From Eutreptiella sp. 'Long Island Sound 2002' (lineage: Eukaryota; Protista; Euglenida): a stretch of 64,000 bases of DNA. Positions 61,270 through 64,000 of this stretch are shown here, in pieces. Where the stretch lies: NCBI GenBank assembly GCA_964036045.1, contig OZ038378.1, positions 139,996,001 to 140,060,000 on the forward strand, written 5' to 3'. The first letter of the stretch is position 1. Each line of letters starts with the position of its first letter. The notes under the pieces were generated by a model. The model was not told the DNA's origin. It searched no databases and was given only the letters and a program-made list of their open reading frames with translations. The translations under genes were made by a program, and so were the position numbers.

Positions 61270-63300
61270 CCTAAGGGCGGGACGCGACACATGTCCCTCC
61301 ACTGTGTGCTAGAGCGCACAAGGGCGGGAGGCCATCCATCCACCCCATGCCAAAGCGTACAAGGGCTGGGAACGTGCCCCCTCTCCCATTGCTGGTATGC
61401 GCAGGGACACGGACCCAGACCTTCCGTCCCGTGCTGGTGCGCACGGGGGTGGACAACATGTCCCTCCGCCTTGTGCCGTAGCAAAGGACAGGAGGCCCCC
61501 TACCCCCACCTTGAGCCGAGGCGCAAGGGAGTGGGGAACCACAAGTCCCCCCGGTCTGGGGCAGATCATTTTGGGGGATAGGGACGCCTTGTGGGAGGGT
61601 GATGTGGTGGGGTCAGGGTTTTGCTTAGTGTCCGTCCTACCCTACAAGGGGGGGGTGCGTCTGGCAGAATTTCAGGGTGGGTGGGTGTCCAACCATCCCC
61701 CCCCCCCGGGTGGGGTGGGACTTTGTGGGGGCCCTTGGGTCTATCGAGCCAGTGCCACTTCTTTCTTTCTTCTGTTGCAGGTTCCGTGTAACATGTTTAT
61801 TTATGGTGTGTTTACATGTCATTGCATATCACGTGTGCATGCCCCACGCCCATAAAGGGGCTAGGATGCTTTGTCGTTTGTGCTGGATGCGAAGGGGGCA
61901 AAACTTGGTCTTCTATATTGCATGTCTCAGTTGGGTACGTGGGTGGGTGGGTGGGTGGGTGGGTGGGTGGGTGTCAGACCCCCTCCCCCCGGGGGGGGGG
62001 GGGGGACATTTGTCGGTCTGTGGGTATGCCAAAATTGTGGGTGGGTGGGTCCCTGAATTACCCCCCCCCCTAGGGTGGCTAAGCAAAACCCTGGGTGGGG
62101 TACCAAGCTTCACCCGGTCCCCACACAACGGCGGATACACCTGAGTGCCCAGGTGCCCCGCCCCTTTGCACACAAGCAAAGGGCTAAGGGATGGATCCTT
62201 GCCTCTATGCACATCAGTTGAGGGCGGAGGGATAGGTTCCCCGCCCCTGTGCACACCAATACACGGCAAAGGGTTGGGGTCCCCGCCCTTAGGGACACCG
62301 GCATAGAGCATAGCGACAGGTACGCCGCCCCTTTGCGCTTCGGCACATGGCGGAGGGGAATGGGTCCACTCCCATGCACGCACCAGCACGGGGCGGAGGA
62401 AGAGGTTCCCCGTCTCTGTGCGCATCGGCCCAAGGTGTAGGGAGGGTCTCCGCCTCCGTGCGCCTCGGCACTAGGCGGGTGCACCGAGTCCCCTCTCCTG
62501 TGCGCACCTACACAAGATGGAGGGATTTGGTCCCCGCCCCCGTGCATACTTGCACCAGGCAAAGGGACATGTCCCCTCTCGCGGCGCGCTTCAACAATAG
62601 GCAGAGGGACATGTGCCCCGCCCTGTGCACACGAGCAAGGGCGGAGGGAAAGGCACCTCGCCTTTGTGCGCGGGTGCTTAGGGGGGGGACAACTTCCCCG
62701 CCCGTGTGCACATCAGCGCAGCGCTGAGGGTCTGGCCCCCAGCCCTTGTGGACACCAGCTCTGGCGGAGGGACAAGTGTCGTGCCTCCTTGGAGACAAGC
62801 ATAGGGCGGAGGGACTTGGCCCTCCTCCGTGCACACCAGCACAGGGCCGAGGGACACGGTCCCCTCCGTTGTGCGCTTCAACATAGGGCGGTGGGATAGG
62901 TTCCGTGCCACTGCACACCAGCCCAAGGTGGAGGGTTTGGGGCACCGCCCTTGTGCACAAGGCAAGTGAGAGGTTCCTTGCCCCTGTGCGCGTTAGCACA
63001 AGGCAGAGGGACATTGTCACCTCCCCTACGGGTATCAACACTGGGCGGCGGGACGGCTGCCCTACCCTTGCGCGCTGCAGCACAGGACGGATGGATTGGA
63101 TTCAAGGACCCTGTGCACACTGGCACTAGGTGGTCGGCTTGGGTCCCTGCCGTTGTGCTCACCAAAGCACGGCATAGGGACAGATTTCTCGGCCCTGCAC
63201 ACTTGAGCTGAGGGTGGACCGAAAGGTTCCCCGCCCTTGCGCACACCAACATACGGCAGGGGGTATAGGTCCCTGCCCCCGTGCCCACCAGCACAAGGCG
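61270..63300. repeat. ~40-bp degenerate tandem array
   Basis: ccccgccc.tgtgcacaccagcacagggcggaggga-like units. Confidence 0.85.
61614..62093. mobile_element. hAT-type MITE, 480 bp
   Basis: Perfect 15-bp TIR CAGGGTTTTGCTTAG / CTAAGCAAAACCCTG; exact 8-bp TSD GGTGGGGT (61606-61613 and 62094-62101). Confidence 0.9.
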
Positions 63301-64000
63301 GTGGGAACATGCGACACTGGGGATCCCGTATTCAATGACTTTCCCGGGGTTCACCGCGGTCCGGACTCGGGCATTAGAAGGATGTTTGCACTACGACTTC
63401 CTCATGTTGACGTAGAAGGATCGGGTTTTGGATACCATGAATCTGACGCCCTCATGTCATTCACAAACTTCGTTCTTGGCTTGTTCAACTACACATGGAG
63501 TGGGGACCACAAGGCGTACCAAGCGGCCGCATTAGGTGTGAAGTGGCATGAAATGCAATCCTACCATCGCGACATGATGAAGGTTCCCGATGGGAAGAGG
63601 GTGGTGTCCGTCTTTGCGGCCCTGGATGAGGACTTGTATTCCGTTGATGGCACCGACACCGTCTTCGTGCCACATAGGCGTGAGGGTTTGCCCCGTCCAC
63701 GGGACCCTATTCCCATTCCGCTGCGACGCGGTGACTTGTTCCTCTTGTACGGAGACTTAGTCCATGCGGGCGGGTGTACACCTCTTTCCAAGCCCGGAGT
63801 CATGGTGGAGACGAGTGCTTTCTTGGGCATTGCCACTATTCCAGTCACGTACTCGTACACGGTCGGAGTTCGCGTTCCGTTTTGGGGTTTGGAGGAAAGC
63901 CGCAACGTTGATGGGCCAAAGTGCTGTACTATCTCCGGTTGTCGGAAGAAAGCCACGAAGGATTGCTTCAGTTGTGGGGTGCCGAGGCTCTGTGCCACTC
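63301..64000 (+). CDS. PhyH-like 2OG-Fe(II) dioxygenase followed by a Cys-rich finger (3'-partial, runs off the window)
   Basis: Frame is open from 63130 to 64000: DPVFNDF...MQSYHRD (His 63565, Asp 63571)...VVSVFAALD...PLRRGDLFLLYGDLVHAGG (His 63763)...CTISGCRKKATKDCFSCGVPRLC. Confidence 0.75.
   Translation, partial: MGTCDTGDPVFNDFPGVHRGPDSGIRRMFALRLPHVDVEGSGFGYHESDALMSFTNFVLGLFNYTWSGDHKAYQAAALGVKWHEMQSYHRDMMKVPDGKRVVSVFAALDEDLYSVDGTDTVFVPHRREGLPRPRDPIPIPLRRGDLFLLYGDLVHAGGCTPLSKPGVMVETSAFLGIATIPVTYSYTVGVRVPFWGLEESRNVDGPKCCTISGCRKKATKDCFSCGVPRLCAT

Noticed and set aside
52410-63300. Further GCN1 exons
   Set aside because: No segment with both splice signals and GCN1-like sequence was recognised; small exons could have been missed

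Overview
This is eukaryotic nuclear DNA, not prokaryotic. It is probably euglenozoan or euglenid-like; that is an inference from TTAGGG-type repeats, a candidate trans-splice acceptor and gag-YR-RT retroelements. The window holds the 5' part of one large plus-strand gene that resembles GCN1 (HEAT-repeat activator of GCN2). It starts at ATG 1238 and has about 9 recognisable GT-AG exons up to 52409. All resolved introns are phase 0, and the longest is 32 kb. Everything else lies in introns and is nested mobile or repetitive DNA: (1) three pieces of tyrosine-recombinase retrotransposons in the VIPER/TATE-like order gag(CCHC)-YR-RT/RNaseH, two of them head-to-head; (2) a 2.9-kb TIR element with tandem-repeat arms that splits one gag; (3) hAT-type MITEs, two with CAG...CTG ends and 8-bp TSDs matching euglenid nonconventional-intron geometry, and one carrying a telomeric tract; (4) a composite satellite with inversions and convergent tRNA-like A/B boxes; (5) Ulp1-protease, MULE/SWIM and pogo remnants. 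At the right edge is an open reading frame, absent from the supplied ORF track, that encodes a PhyH-like 2OG-Fe(II) dioxygenase fused to a Cys-rich finger. All protein assignments come from motif recognition and recalled sequences, not from database searches.
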